From: an uncultured Demequinaceae bacterium
GTDB taxonomy: Bacteria > Actinomycetota > Actinomycetes > Actinomycetales > Demequinaceae
Reading direction: 5' to 3'
Assembly: GCA_964600005.1 (NCBI GenBank)
Contig: CAZRHL010000001.1
Location: 1 to 60,470, forward strand
Length of the DNA: 60,470 bases
Each line of letters begins with the position of its first letter. Position 1 is the stretch's first letter. The notes under the pieces are model-generated. The model ran no database searches. It was not told the origin of the DNA and saw only the letters and a list, made by a program, of their open reading frames with translations. This document shows, one piece after another, positions 16,305 through 26,061 of this stretch. The translations under genes and the position numbers were made by a program.

Positions 16305-17876
16305 TCAGAGGATGCGTGCCGCGGCTGACGGCACGGTCGACGGCAGTGCAATGCGAACGAGCCGCCGGATGCCCGCGCTGCGGACATAGGCGAGGCCGGG
16401 CTCGCTCTCAGGAAGTGACGCGGCATCGCCCACCCCGATGAAGTCGCGTGACTCATCAGCGGTGCGGGTGCGCAGACACACAAGAGCATCGGCCCGTGCG
16501 ATCAGTTCAGGCGGGAATGTGCCCGTGGCGCGGTCGGCGGCAATCGCGATGCTCTCGTGGGGGTCACGCTGGAGCGCCACGTCGACGACTCGTCGCAGCG
16601 CTTGGGTATCGAGGAGGTGGGCGTCGTCGACGACGCGCAAGGCCGCGCGTCCGCCGTCACACGTCTCGATTGACGCAGCGAACAAGGTCGCGAGAGTGGT
16701 GCTCTTGCCAGTGCCTGGCGCCCCTGTCACGAGGACAAGCCACGCACGGTCAGCCGGCAGCGTCCACACGGCGTCGGGTGGGGTCACATCGCCCGAGGTC
16801 GAATCGCCAGCGCCGACGCCGACGCCGACGCCGATGCCGATGCCGGGTGAGACCGGCAGGTCGCCTCGCGTAAGGAGTGGCGGCAGCGGCGGTGTGGCCG
16901 CGGCGATGGCGCGCGCGATCCGCTCTGCCGAGTCCGCGCTCACCGAGCACAAAGGAATGGTGAGCGATTCGCTCCGAAAAGACAGAGCCGCGCCGCGCGA
17001 ACTGGTGACGACGCGAATGAGCTCGTCGCCACCCCCGCCACGGGCGGGTTCAGCCCAACAGACCGGCGCATCGTGAGCGTCGGCCGGGGGAAGCAGGTCA
17101 TGCCAGGGTTCAGCGAGCGGGGACGGCGAGGGGAGGCGGCGCCCGCGTGCGAGAGCGATGGCGCGGGTGAGGCCCACGCGATGCGGTCCCTCAATGCTCA
17201 GCGCACCGTTCCACCACGCTCGCGACCACGCGCCGCCGTGGGCGCTCCACGCGTGGGTGGCCGGGTCAGCGATGCGGGAAGTGGGGTTGAGGCGTGCAGT
17301 GGGGTCGAGCCACGCGAGTCCACCGAAGAGGGGCGCTGTCGCCGTGTGGGCGCTGTGAAACTGGACGATCGTCGCACCGATGGCGGCATAGGCGCCGCTG
17401 TCGAGCCAGAGGCGTCGGCGCCGTGGCGACCAGCGCTGCGGATAATCCGGATCCCACGAGCGCACGCCGTTGGTCGAGCCGCTGTCGGTGATGCTCACGC
17501 GTGCGCCATCGCCAAGGTCAACCGTTGCGTGGCGCGGGTCAATGCTCGGGTCACGCCAGCCATCGGGGGAAGCTGAGCCGACCGTTGTCGCATGCGTCAG
17601 GGCGACGACGCGCCCGACATCCGGCCCGGCGACGCTGATGAGTCGCGGCCCCGGCCACAGCGGGCCCGCTGGTGCCGGTTCAGGCGTGACGAGCGCTGCG
17701 TGACAGAGCGGTGTGGTGCCCGCCACGTCCTCGGGCTGAAGCATATGCGGCCCGCACCACCATGGACCAGGCGCCATTGCGACAGCGGCGGTGATGGCTC
17801 CGAGCGTTGTGCCCGTGCGGCACTCGACTCGGATGCGGTTGCGTGGTCCGGCAGGTGATTCAAAGTCGAGCCACAT
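16305..17876 (-). CDS. Reduced FHA-domain / FtsK-EssC-like P-loop ATPase
   Basis: FHA-like (AGPDVG...DPSIDPRHA...DSGSTNG); Walker A GAPGTGKST, Walker B RVVDDAH; LRTRTADESRDFIGVGDAASLPESEPGLAY is FtsK/EssC-like. Confidence 0.7.
   Translation of the reverse strand: MWLDFESPAGPRNRIRVECRTGTTLGAITAAVAMAPGPWWCGPHMLQPEDVAGTTPLCHAALVTPEPAPAGPLWPGPRLISVAGPDVGRVVALTHATTVGSASPDGWRDPSIDPRHATVDLGDGARVSITDSGSTNGVRSWDPDYPQRWSPRRRRLWLDSGAYAAIGATIVQFHSAHTATAPLFGGLAWLDPTARLNPTSRIADPATHAWSAHGGAWSRAWWNGALSIEGPHRVGLTRAIALARGRRLPSPSPLAEPWHDLLPPADAHDAPVCWAEPARGGGGDELIRVVTSSRGAALSFRSESLTIPLCSVSADSAERIARAIAAATPPLPPLLTRGDLPVSPGIGIGVGVGVGAGDSTSGDVTPPDAVWTLPADRAWLVLVTGAPGTGKSTTLATLFAASIETCDGGRAALRVVDDAHLLDTQALRRVVDVALQRDPHESIAIAADRATGTFPPELIARADALVCLRTRTADESRDFIGVGDAASLPESEPGLAYVRSAGIRRLVRIALPSTVPSAAARIL
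16812..16845. repeat. In-frame hexamer tandem repeat (GCCGAY) x5.7
   Basis: gccgac x3, gccgat x2, gccg; encodes GIGIGVGVGVG in the FHA-ATPase linker. Confidence 0.8.
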
Positions 17877-17925
17877 GCGGACAGCATCGCCGCGTTGACG
17901 CCTTCCCTCGCGCTTCGGTGCTGCA

Positions 17926-17962
17926 GATGGGGACTGTCTCTACGCGGCCGGCTTGGGGACAA
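17926..17962 (-). promoter_or_regulatory. Paired GTCCCCA boxes (26-bp period) upstream of the FHA-ATPase gene
   Basis: Minus strand ttGTCCCCAAG (G at 17960) and caGTCCCCAT (G at 17934); GATGCT-N6-ATG follows. Confidence 0.45.
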
Positions 17963-20060
17963 CGGGGATGAGGCCGCCGCGTTCGTCGATCGTTGCCGCA
18001 AACCAGTCGTCGTCGTGAACGCTGACAAGGCGCGGCATGTGCTGAAGCGCATACTCACCACGGCGAATGTCGTGTGTCACAACGGGCTCTGCTCCGTCCC
18101 CCACAAGTGAAGCATCTTGTGTCACGACGATGGGGGCCTCGCCCCACACCTCAGTCATCTCAATCAGCGCCTCGGGCTCTGGGTCGACAAGGGCGAGCAC
18201 GACGGGCACATCGCACATGACGCGGATCGTGCCGAAGTACTGAGCGGACCCGACAAGCACCACCGGACGGGAATCGATCACCCCGCACAGTGCGTCGACC
18301 TGCTCGACAGCGCCTGCCTGCTCTCGGTTGACGGCATATACAGAGATCGTGACGGGCTCATCGTCACCTGGACGCACGCTGATGTACGTGCTGAGCAGCG
18401 GCAAGATGAGTGCCGCTGCTGCGAGAGTTGCCGCATTCTCGCGAGACCAGTCGAGGCGGTCGACGAGATAGCGGTGCGCAAGCCACCAGGCACCGAGCCC
18501 GGCGGCGATGGCGAGACCGGGGACTGTGATGGGCTCAAAGCGTCGGATCGCCCACAACTGGTCGGGAACGATCTCCGGCTTCGCCAGGTAGACCGAGCTC
18601 GGCGCCGCGACGGCAGCCAAGAAGATGAAGGCGCCTCGGTCAGCAGTGACGGCACGGTATGCAATGACGGCAAGGCCGACGGTGGCGAGAGCGAGAACCG
18701 GCCACGTCAGGTAATAGCTGAGCCAGGTGAGGGTGTGTTCGGCGTAGGTGCGGGTGGGCTCGATCGCGTAGCCCTCCGACTGTTGAAAGGCCGCGACGAC
18801 GCTGTTGGTGAACTCGTCGGTGTCGGTGTCAGTCCCTCGGTGGTCGGTCATCCAAAGAGGCCGGGACGCGAGGACGACCATGACAGCGGCAGTGGTGAGC
18901 GCGGCGATGCGGCCAAGCGTCTCGATGCGCGGCACCACGATGGCGAAGAGTCGGCGAACGAGCCCGCCCGAGGCCACCGTCACGAGGGCGACAAGGACGA
19001 GCACGACGAGGTAGGCGAGACCGAGGCTGCGGGCCTGATCGCCGAGGCGTTCAAGGTAGGCCGTGGACCACAGTGCGAGCGAGCCATAGCCTGCGGCAAG
19101 CATCGCGGCCTGAGGCAGGGCGAAGGCGATGATGAAGCGTCGGCCCGCTTCTTCTCGAATGAGGGCGACTGCGACAACTCCGATGAGCACGCCGACGGCG
19201 TACGCAGCGCCATCAATCCTCACGAGCGCCGTCGCCCCAGAAGCGATGCCAGCGGCCATGACGGCGCTGATGCGATGCTCTGCCAGACCCCTCCACGCCC
19301 ACGTCACCGAGCTGACGATGAGGAGCAGGGTGAGCGGCTCTGTATACGGGGAGCGACTCAGTCCCTGGTGGGCGATGACAAGCATCATGATCGCGGCCGG
19401 TCCAAGCGCCGCTCGCGGACCCATCAGCTGACGCGCGAGCACGTAGACGGCAAGGATGCCGATGGCGCCGATGACGACGTTGACGGCGAGCACGCCATCG
19501 AGACCGCACAGCCAGCCGCCGACAGAGAGAACGGCGGGCAGCATCTTTGCGCCTTGCGGCTGGACGACGTCGCCTTCGAGATTCCACGCCTGCCATGCAT
19601 CGGGCAGGACGTTCGCTTGGGCGGCGGCCGCCTCAACAGCCCCAAGCGTGGGGATATCCGTCGACGAATGATCGGTGAGCCACACGCCGCTGAGAGCGAG
19701 GAATCCCGGATCACGCATCACGATGAGGTACTCGGACGCGAGGACGAGCCCGACCGCCGCCCAGATCGCCGCGCCACAGATCACCCAGCGGGCACTTGAG
19801 CGCTCGACACGGTCGTTGCTCGCGGCGGGTCGTACGGCGATCCACAAACCGAGATGAATGAGCACGAACAGCGGGAGGGTGGTCCACGGCCGGTGAATGC
19901 CGAGCGAGACCGTCAGCCCCGCAGCGAGGCTGAGGGAGACCATCGCGGTGACAGCGACCTCCGGCCCGCGCACGCCCCACAAAGATGCGATCGCGGTGCG
20001 CAGCCTCGTGGCACGCGAAGCGCTGTCGAGTGGCCTTTCGGCGGCGGGGTACGTCGTCAC
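17940..20060 (-). CDS. Polytopic membrane protein, probable GT-C-fold glycosyltransferase
   Basis: About 13 TM segments; RDPG loop motif, SRSPYTEP, WAIRRF; C-terminal soluble domain; TAGTGT-N6-GTG. Confidence 0.65.
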   Translation of the reverse strand: MTTYPAAERPLDSASRATRLRTAIASLWGVRGPEVAVTAMVSLSLAAGLTVSLGIHRPWTTLPLFVLIHLGLWIAVRPAASNDRVERSSARWVICGAAIWAAVGLVLASEYLIVMRDPGFLALSGVWLTDHSSTDIPTLGAVEAAAAQANVLPDAWQAWNLEGDVVQPQGAKMLPAVLSVGGWLCGLDGVLAVNVVIGAIGILAVYVLARQLMGPRAALGPAAIMMLVIAHQGLSRSPYTEPLTLLLIVSSVTWAWRGLAEHRISAVMAAGIASGATALVRIDGAAYAVGVLIGVVAVALIREEAGRRFIIAFALPQAAMLAAGYGSLALWSTAYLERLGDQARSLGLAYLVVLVLVALVTVASGGLVRRLFAIVVPRIETLGRIAALTTAAVMVVLASRPLWMTDHRGTDTDTDEFTNSVVAAFQQSEGYAIEPTRTYAEHTLTWLSYYLTWPVLALATVGLAVIAYRAVTADRGAFIFLAAVAAPSSVYLAKPEIVPDQLWAIRRFEPITVPGLAIAAGLGAWWLAHRYLVDRLDWSRENAATLAAAALILPLLSTYISVRPGDDEPVTISVYAVNREQAGAVEQVDALCGVIDSRPVVLVGSAQYFGTIRVMCDVPVVLALVDPEPEALIEMTEVWGEAPIVVTQDASLVGDGAEPVVTHDIRRGEYALQHMPRLVSVHDDDWFAATIDERGGLIPVVPKPAA

Positions 20061-20139
20061 GTCGGGACACTATCAACCACCGACCGGGCCCGCTTGCCGT
20101 GAACATTGCAATCGACGGCGCCGCAGGTAAAGTTGCCCC

Positions 20140-20814
20140 ATGGCGAGAATTGTCTTGGTCGAAGATGACCCGACTATTTCAGAACCCTTGACTCGGGCTT
20201 TGAGTCGGGAGGGTTATGACGTGTCGTGGCACGGCACCGGCCAAGGGGGAGTCGACGCCGCGGCATCGGCTGACCTGGTGATTCTCGACCTTGGGCTTCC
20301 CGATATCGACGGCGTTGACGTCGCGCGCCGCATCCGCGACAAGGGCATCACCGTGCCGATTCTCATGTTGACCGCACGTGCAGATGAGGTCGACCTCGTT
20401 GTCGGCCTCGACGCTGGCGCGGATGACTACGTGACGAAGCCGTTCCGCCTCGCAGAGCTTCTCGCCCGCGTGCGCGCCCTGCTGCGCCGCCGCAGTGAGA
20501 GCGAGCCGGCAAGCGACCTCGACGTGGGGGGTGTCCGCATTGATGTTGCCGGTCACCGTGCCTTCTTGGAGGACCGCGAACTGCAGCTGAGCGGCAAGGA
20601 GTTCGATCTCCTTCATGTCCTCGTCGCTCACGCGGGTCAGGTCGTGTCCCGGGAGCACCTCATGCGGGAGGTGTGGGACGCAGATCCTCATGCACCGTCG
20701 AAGACCCTTGACATGCACGTGTCCTGGTTGCGCAGGAAGCTGGGTGACGATGCGGCCAAGCCTCGCTTCATCACGACCGTGCGGGGCATGGGCTTCCGTT
20801 TCGAGAACGACTGA
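20140..20814 (+). CDS. OmpR-family response regulator (DraR-like by synteny)
   Basis: VEDD, ILDLGLP, GADDYVTKPF, wHTH TVRGMGFRF; TAAAGT-N6-ATG. Confidence 0.93.
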   Translation: MARIVLVEDDPTISEPLTRALSREGYDVSWHGTGQGGVDAAASADLVILDLGLPDIDGVDVARRIRDKGITVPILMLTARADEVDLVVGLDAGADDYVTKPFRLAELLARVRALLRRRSESEPASDLDVGGVRIDVAGHRAFLEDRELQLSGKEFDLLHVLVAHAGQVVSREHLMREVWDADPHAPSKTLDMHVSWLRRKLGDDAAKPRFITTVRGMGFRFEND

Positions 20815-20817
20815 ACG

Positions 20818-22116
20818 GTGAGACGTCGGGTCCTTGGCGCAACGCTCTCCGCTCTCGCGGTGGCGATGGTGCTCCTTGGCATCCCGCTCGGCGTGTTCGC
20901 CTTCCAGCTTGTCCGTGACGATGCGTTGCGTGACCTCGATGGGCGCACGGCAACCGCAGCGCGTGCGATCGAGGTCCGCTACCTCTCGGGCGAGACTCTC
21001 GACGAGACGATCATCTCGAACTACATCAGCGGCGCACCCGGCGCGCCCAAGCACATCACCGTTCGCTTGCCCGATGGCACCGAGCTGACGGCGGGAACTG
21101 AGCCGCAGCCGTCCTTCAAGGGCTCGTACGCGACCGATTCAGGCGTCATCGTCTTGATGTCCGCCCCACGCGAGGACGTGTTCTGGGAAGCCGCGCGGGC
21201 CGTTGGCCTTGTCTTTGCCGTGGCAGTGGTCGCCGTGGTCGCGGGCGCCGCAATGGCCTTGTGGCAAGCGAACCGGCTTGCGGCTCCGTTGGTCTATCTC
21301 GCCGCATCGGCCGAACAGATCGGTGCAGGCCAGACCCGGCCGCGCTTGCGTCCATCTGGGGTCGAGGAGATCGACCTTGTTGCCGAGGAGCTTGTGCGCA
21401 GTGCCGATCGCATGGCCGCGCGCCTGTCTGCCGAGCGCCAGTTTGCGGCCGACGCTTCCCACCAGTTGAGGACGCCGCTCACCGCTCTCACGATGCGGCT
21501 CGAGGAGATCGCGGCACTCAGCACTCAAGAAGAGGTGCGGGCCGAGGCCGAGGCATCCCTTGAACAAGTGGAACGACTCGTCGGTGTTGTCGATGACCTC
21601 CTTGGTCGCACTCGGCGCACTCTCGGCGCCGGGACCCAGCTCGTGGTGCTTGATGACGTCTTCGCTCAGCAGCGGGCGGAGTGGGAACCGGCATTCACCA
21701 CGGCGAACCGTTCTCTCGTCATCGCGCCCACTGAGGCGACGGTGTTCGCCACCCCGGGCGGGCTCGCCCAGGTGCTTGCGACGCTCATTGAGAACTCGCT
21801 CCACCACGGCGGCGGCACGACGAGTGTCATCGCCCGCGAATCCGGCGCCAATCACGCGACGGTGATTGAGGTGCGTGATGAGGGCGAGGGAGTTCCGGAT
21901 GAACTCACGGCGAGCATCTTTGAACGCTCCGTCACGTCAGGCAAGGGCACAGGGCTGGGACTCTCTCTCGCCCGTGACCTCGTCACCGCCGATGGCGGGC
22001 GCCTCGAACTGTCTCAACGACGCCCCGCCGTCTTCTCCGTCTTCCTGCAGGGAGTGCCGACGATGGTCGACCTCGATACCGTGGTGCCCCACGGCCGCCG
22101 TCACCGTCGCGGCTAG
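20818..22116 (+). CDS. HAMP sensor histidine kinase (DraK-like by synteny)
   Basis: 2 TM, HAMP, ASHQLRTPLT H-box, ENSLHH, DEGEG, GTGLGL. Confidence 0.92.
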   Translation: MRRRVLGATLSALAVAMVLLGIPLGVFAFQLVRDDALRDLDGRTATAARAIEVRYLSGETLDETIISNYISGAPGAPKHITVRLPDGTELTAGTEPQPSFKGSYATDSGVIVLMSAPREDVFWEAARAVGLVFAVAVVAVVAGAAMALWQANRLAAPLVYLAASAEQIGAGQTRPRLRPSGVEEIDLVAEELVRSADRMAARLSAERQFAADASHQLRTPLTALTMRLEEIAALSTQEEVRAEAEASLEQVERLVGVVDDLLGRTRRTLGAGTQLVVLDDVFAQQRAEWEPAFTTANRSLVIAPTEATVFATPGGLAQVLATLIENSLHHGGGTTSVIARESGANHATVIEVRDEGEGVPDELTASIFERSVTSGKGTGLGLSLARDLVTADGGRLELSQRRPAVFSVFLQGVPTMVDLDTVVPHGRRHRRG

Positions 22117-22604
22117 CCGTCGGTGGCGTCGGCCCCGAAACGGGCGAAGACAAAAAGCGAGAAGCCCGCGTAGCGCGCGAGCGTGCCAAGCCCGATTCCA
22201 ACGAGGCTCGACAGGTTGTCGGCGATCAGAGACGTCCAGCCGAAGCCGTGGTGCGTGAGCGCGACCGTCGCGGCCTCGATGATGATCGCCACGACGTTGA
22301 CGGCACCGAAGAGGGCGAGCTCGACGACGGGGCGGTGACGGCGTCGGCCCCGGTACGTCCAGCCGCGGTGCACGGCCCACGCGAAGATGATCGACACGAT
22401 CGTCGCGATGACCTTCGCCGTGACCACCCGGTCGCTGTCGCCGGCGAAAGTGGCATCGGGGGAGAGGGGCCCAAGGCGAAGCGCATTGAAGACACCGAGG
22501 TTGACGACAACGCCTGCGGCCCCCACCACGCCAAAGCGCGCAAGGAAGCCCGCGCGCTCGCGAACCCACGAGCGAGCACGGCCCACGAGGGATGGCGTCG
22601 TCAC
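22113..22604 (-). CDS. GtrA-family membrane protein
   Basis: RFGVVGAAGVVVNLGVFN...HRGWTY; 4 TM; divergent from purK. Start GTG 22604 inferred. Confidence 0.85.
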   Translation of the reverse strand: MTTPSLVGRARSWVRERAGFLARFGVVGAAGVVVNLGVFNALRLGPLSPDATFAGDSDRVVTAKVIATIVSIIFAWAVHRGWTYRGRRRHRPVVELALFGAVNVVAIIIEAATVALTHHGFGWTSLIADNLSSLVGIGLGTLARYAGFSLFVFARFGADATDG

Positions 22605-22638
22605 GAGTGACGAGCGTAGTCGCCGGTAGGTTAGGACC

Positions 22639-23778
22639 ATGACGCGAGTAGCAGTAGTAGGCGGCGGACAACTCGCACGGATGATGGCGCCCGCCGCCAC
22701 CGCGATGGGCGTGACACTCCGTGTGCTCGTCGAATCACCCGACGCTTCGGCAGCTCTCAGCGCTCACGAGACAGTGGTGGGGCTGCCGGGTGATGACGCG
22801 GCGATCCGGGCGCTCCTCGCGGATCCGCGTCCTGATGTGGTGACGTGGGAACACGAGCACATTCCCAACTCGGTGTTCGCCATCGCGGCGGAGCTCGGCG
22901 TCGCGGCGCGCCCCGGCCGGGATGCGCTGCTGTATGCACGCGACAAGATCGCGATGCGACAGCTCCTCGACACACATGGTCTGCCGATGCCCGCATGGCG
23001 CGTGGTCGAGACCGAAGGCGATGTCGAGAACTTCCTTGCCGTCCACGGCGGCGCCGCGGTCCTCAAGACCGCCATGGGCGGCTACGACGGCAAGGGTGTG
23101 CGGATTGTCCGAAACCCAGCCGAAGCGTCGGACTGGCTCGCGGCTGCCGCTGACGGCGGGCCGCGTGTCCTCATCGAAGAGAAGGTCGACTTCCAGCGTG
23201 AGGTGGCAATCCAAGTGGCACGCCGCCCCGGCGGGGACCTCGTCGCGTGGCCCTTGGTCGAGTCGATACAGCGCGACGGCGTGTGTGCGGAAGTGATCGC
23301 CCCGGCGCCGGGACTGAGCGATGCGCTGCAGCACGAGGCGGTCCACATCGCGAGCACCATTGCGACCGCGATCGACGTGACCGGGATGCTCGCTGTCGAG
23401 CTCTTTGAGGTCAATGGCCGCTTGCTCGTCAATGAGCTCGCGATGCGCCCTCACAACTCGGGCCACTGGACGATCGAAGGCGCTGTGACAAGCCAGTTTG
23501 AGCAGCACCTCCGTGCCGTGCTCGACTGGCCGCTCGGTGACACAGCGGCCCTTGCCGCGGTGACGGTGATGGCAAATGTGCTCGGCGGCCGCCGGGAGGA
23601 CTTGATGGAGGCATGGCCCTCGGTTGACGACCCGGGCGCCAAGATTCATGTGTATGCCAAGGACGTGCGCCCAGGCCGCAAGGTGGGCCACGTCACGGTG
23701 TGTGGGACGTCGGTTGACGATACGAGACGGCGTGCGGCGCGTGTCGCCGCCTGGGTGAGAGATGGAGACGTGCGATGA
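22639..23778 (+). CDS. purK: N5-carboxyaminoimidazole ribonucleotide synthase
   Basis: [36 protein letters not shown]. Confidence 0.96.
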   Translation: MTRVAVVGGGQLARMMAPAATAMGVTLRVLVESPDASAALSAHETVVGLPGDDAAIRALLADPRPDVVTWEHEHIPNSVFAIAAELGVAARPGRDALLYARDKIAMRQLLDTHGLPMPAWRVVETEGDVENFLAVHGGAAVLKTAMGGYDGKGVRIVRNPAEASDWLAAAADGGPRVLIEEKVDFQREVAIQVARRPGGDLVAWPLVESIQRDGVCAEVIAPAPGLSDALQHEAVHIASTIATAIDVTGMLAVELFEVNGRLLVNELAMRPHNSGHWTIEGAVTSQFEQHLRAVLDWPLGDTAALAAVTVMANVLGGRREDLMEAWPSVDDPGAKIHVYAKDVRPGRKVGHVTVCGTSVDDTRRRAARVAAWVRDGDVR

Positions 23779-24275
23779 GCGCACTTGTCGGCTTGGTCAT
23801 GGGCTCGGATTCAGACTGGCCTGTCATGAGCGGCGCAGCCGATGCCCTCGAGGAGTTCGGCATCGCCTTTGAGAAAGACGTGGTCTCGGCACATCGGATG
23901 CCCGAAGCGATGATCGCCTATGGCCGTGCTGCCGAGGAGCGCGGACTGCGCGTCATCATCGCCGGTGCGGGTGGGGCCGCGCATTTGCCGGGCATGCTCG
24001 CATCCGTCACCACGCTGCCGGTGATCGGCGTGCCGGTGCCGTTGTCCTATCTGGATGGCATGGACTCGCTCCTCAGCATCGTGCAGATGCCGGCAGGCGT
24101 CCCGGTGGCGACGGTCTCGATTGGCGGCTCGCGCAACGCTGGCCTGCTGGCTGCCCGCATTCTGGGTGCCGGAGACTCGGACGATGCCGCCCACGTGCGC
24201 GACCAGATGCGCGCCTATCAGGACCGTCTGCGTGCCATCGCCGAGTCAAAGGGCGCGGCACTTCGCGAGCAGTAG
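23775..24275 (+). CDS. purE: N5-CAIR mutase
   Basis: [32 protein letters not shown]. Confidence 0.97.
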   Translation: MSALVGLVMGSDSDWPVMSGAADALEEFGIAFEKDVVSAHRMPEAMIAYGRAAEERGLRVIIAGAGGAAHLPGMLASVTTLPVIGVPVPLSYLDGMDSLLSIVQMPAGVPVATVSIGGSRNAGLLAARILGAGDSDDAAHVRDQMRAYQDRLRAIAESKGAALREQ

Positions 24276-24280
24276 GTCGC

Positions 24281-25504
24281 TCAGCCCACCGGGCACGCGT
24301 CGAGGATTGCCTGCTCGCTGTGCTGATCCGCGATGCTGCCGCCACCGGTCGAGCCGCCGCCGTCGGTTGAGCCGCCCGCGTCGGGGCTCGTCGCGCCCAC
24401 ATCGTTGGCGGGTGACGACGACTGCTGGTCGAGCAGCGGGGCAATCGGCTGGTCGTTGCGAATGGCCTCCCACATGGCGGGAGCCTTGCGGTTGAACTGA
24501 ACACGGTTGGGGTCTGGCGGGTACGTCTCGACGGGCGCCGTCGCCATGACGATGCCCGTACCGGGGTCAAGGTGGCGCAGCGAGAACGCGAGACCGCCCA
24601 GGTAGTTGACGTCACCGAGCTTCTCGTCGACCGTGAGCGAGTCCGCGACGGCCTTGATGAAGTTCGTCACTTCCTGCGGGCGGTACAGCATCTCGGCGCT
24701 CAGCACCTTGCGGGCGAGGTTCTTGAGGAACTCCTGCTGCCGGTCGATGCGGTCGAGGTCAGAGCCAGAGACGTTCTTTCCCTTGCGCATGCGCACGTAG
24801 GAGATGGCCTGGTCTCCGTTGAGGATCTGCGGGCCGGGGCTGAGGTACGTGCCCGAGTAGGGGTCCGCGTACTCGACGGGGATGCACATCGGCACGCCCT
24901 TGACGGCGTTCACCATGTCGCGGAAGCCCACGAAGTCGATGACGGCGTAGTGGTCGATGTAGATGTTCGTGAGCGACTCGATCGTCTTCACCGTGCACGC
25001 GGCACCGTCCGCGTTGCTGCCGTTTGCGGCGCCGTTTGCGAAGGCGATGTTGAACTCACCATGCCAGCCGCGTTGCGAGGTGCCGTCGGAGCGTTCGCAG
25101 TTGGCGATCTGCACCATCGTGTCGCGGGGGATCGAGACGACCTCAATGCGCTCCCGGTCAGCCGAGATGTGCATGATGAGCGTCGTGTCGTTGCGCTTGC
25201 CCTTCTCGAAGCCGCCGATCGCTGCGTTCTCGCCGGAACGGTCGTCGGAGCCCATGAGGACGATGTTGAGCGCGCGGCCTGCAGCGCCGTCTTCAGGGTT
25301 GACGACAATTTCCGGCCGGTCGGGACCGAGCAGCGGATCGATGTTCTCGGTGGTGATGCGCGCTTCGATCTTGTCGACGTAGGTCTGGGCGAACACGGCG
25401 GTGAAGCTCACCACTGCGATCGCACTGAAAGCGATGAACTTGAGGATGGGGTGCCCCGTGATTTTGGTCGCGTGGCGGGCGCGTACGTACTGGGTTTCGC
25501 TCAT
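24281..25504 (-). CDS. LCP (LytR-CpsA-Psr) family glycopolymer transferase
   Basis: N-terminal TM, NIVLMGSDDR, SIPRDT, YVRMR, DLDRIDRQQ. Confidence 0.93.
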   Translation of the reverse strand: MSETQYVRARHATKITGHPILKFIAFSAIAVVSFTAVFAQTYVDKIEARITTENIDPLLGPDRPEIVVNPEDGAAGRALNIVLMGSDDRSGENAAIGGFEKGKRNDTTLIMHISADRERIEVVSIPRDTMVQIANCERSDGTSQRGWHGEFNIAFANGAANGSNADGAACTVKTIESLTNIYIDHYAVIDFVGFRDMVNAVKGVPMCIPVEYADPYSGTYLSPGPQILNGDQAISYVRMRKGKNVSGSDLDRIDRQQEFLKNLARKVLSAEMLYRPQEVTNFIKAVADSLTVDEKLGDVNYLGGLAFSLRHLDPGTGIVMATAPVETYPPDPNRVQFNRKAPAMWEAIRNDQPIAPLLDQQSSSPANDVGATSPDAGGSTDGGGSTGGGSIADQHSEQAILDACPVG

Positions 25505-25645
25505 TCCCCATCTCTTCCAACTCGGTGGCCGTCATCTAGTGTAGGTGCCAGGGAGCCACACTCACAGGAACGTCTGAGAAGCACGAACGGTTGGGGCACA
25601 TTTCTGGTTCCCGTGCAATCGTGTGTGAGGTGCGTTACCTTTGAC

Positions 25646-25674
25646 TTGACGGACGCAGATTACAAGGGTGTAAT
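25646..25674 (+). promoter_or_regulatory. SigA-type promoter of whiB
   Basis: TTGACG-N17-TGTAAT; GGAGG SD at 25708-25712. Confidence 0.65.
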
Positions 25675-25720
25675 TCTGTCGGAACGGGGCGATCCCCGGC
25701 TTGAATCGGAGGACGGGCTT

Positions 25721-26035
25721 ATGTGGAATCTGTATGGAGACTCCCTGCCATCCGATGCGAAAACCACCGTGGAGCTCGCTCCCGTGGTCGACATCTTCGA
25801 CGCCGACGCACAAGGTCCTCTCTCGTGGCAGGACCGTGCGCTGTGCGCCCAGACTGATCCTGAGGCCTTCTTCCCTGAAAAGGGCGGCTCTACCCGCGAG
25901 GCGAAGAAGGTGTGCCAGTCGTGTGAAGTGAAGGCAGAGTGCCTTGACTATGCCCTCGCTCATGACGAGCGCTTCGGGATTTGGGGAGGCCTCTCGGAGC
26001 GCGAGCGTCGCAAGCTCAAGCGCCGCGCGGTCTAG
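25721..26035 (+). CDS. whiB: WhiB/WhiB2 (WhmD) transcriptional regulator
   Basis: WQDRALCAQTDPEAFFPEKGGSTREAKKVC..C.....C...GIWGGLSERERR; it is the C-terminal part of track ORF 24572..26035. Confidence 0.95.
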   Translation: MWNLYGDSLPSDAKTTVELAPVVDIFDADAQGPLSWQDRALCAQTDPEAFFPEKGGSTREAKKVCQSCEVKAECLDYALAHDERFGIWGGLSERERRKLKRRAV

Positions 26036-26061
26036 GTGGCCGCGCGCATCCCCGATTGTCT

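Noticed and set aside
16305-17876. Type VII secretion locus
   Set aside because: No WXG100, EccB/EccD or mycosin genes, and only one reduced ATPase domain.
18117-19799. 560-aa plus-strand ORF
   Set aside because: Antisense shadow of the GT-C-like membrane gene.
24572-25720. N-terminal 383 aa of the 487-aa ORF ending in WhiB, suggesting a fusion
   Set aside because: Antisense to LCP; whiB has its own promoter, SD and ATG at 25721.
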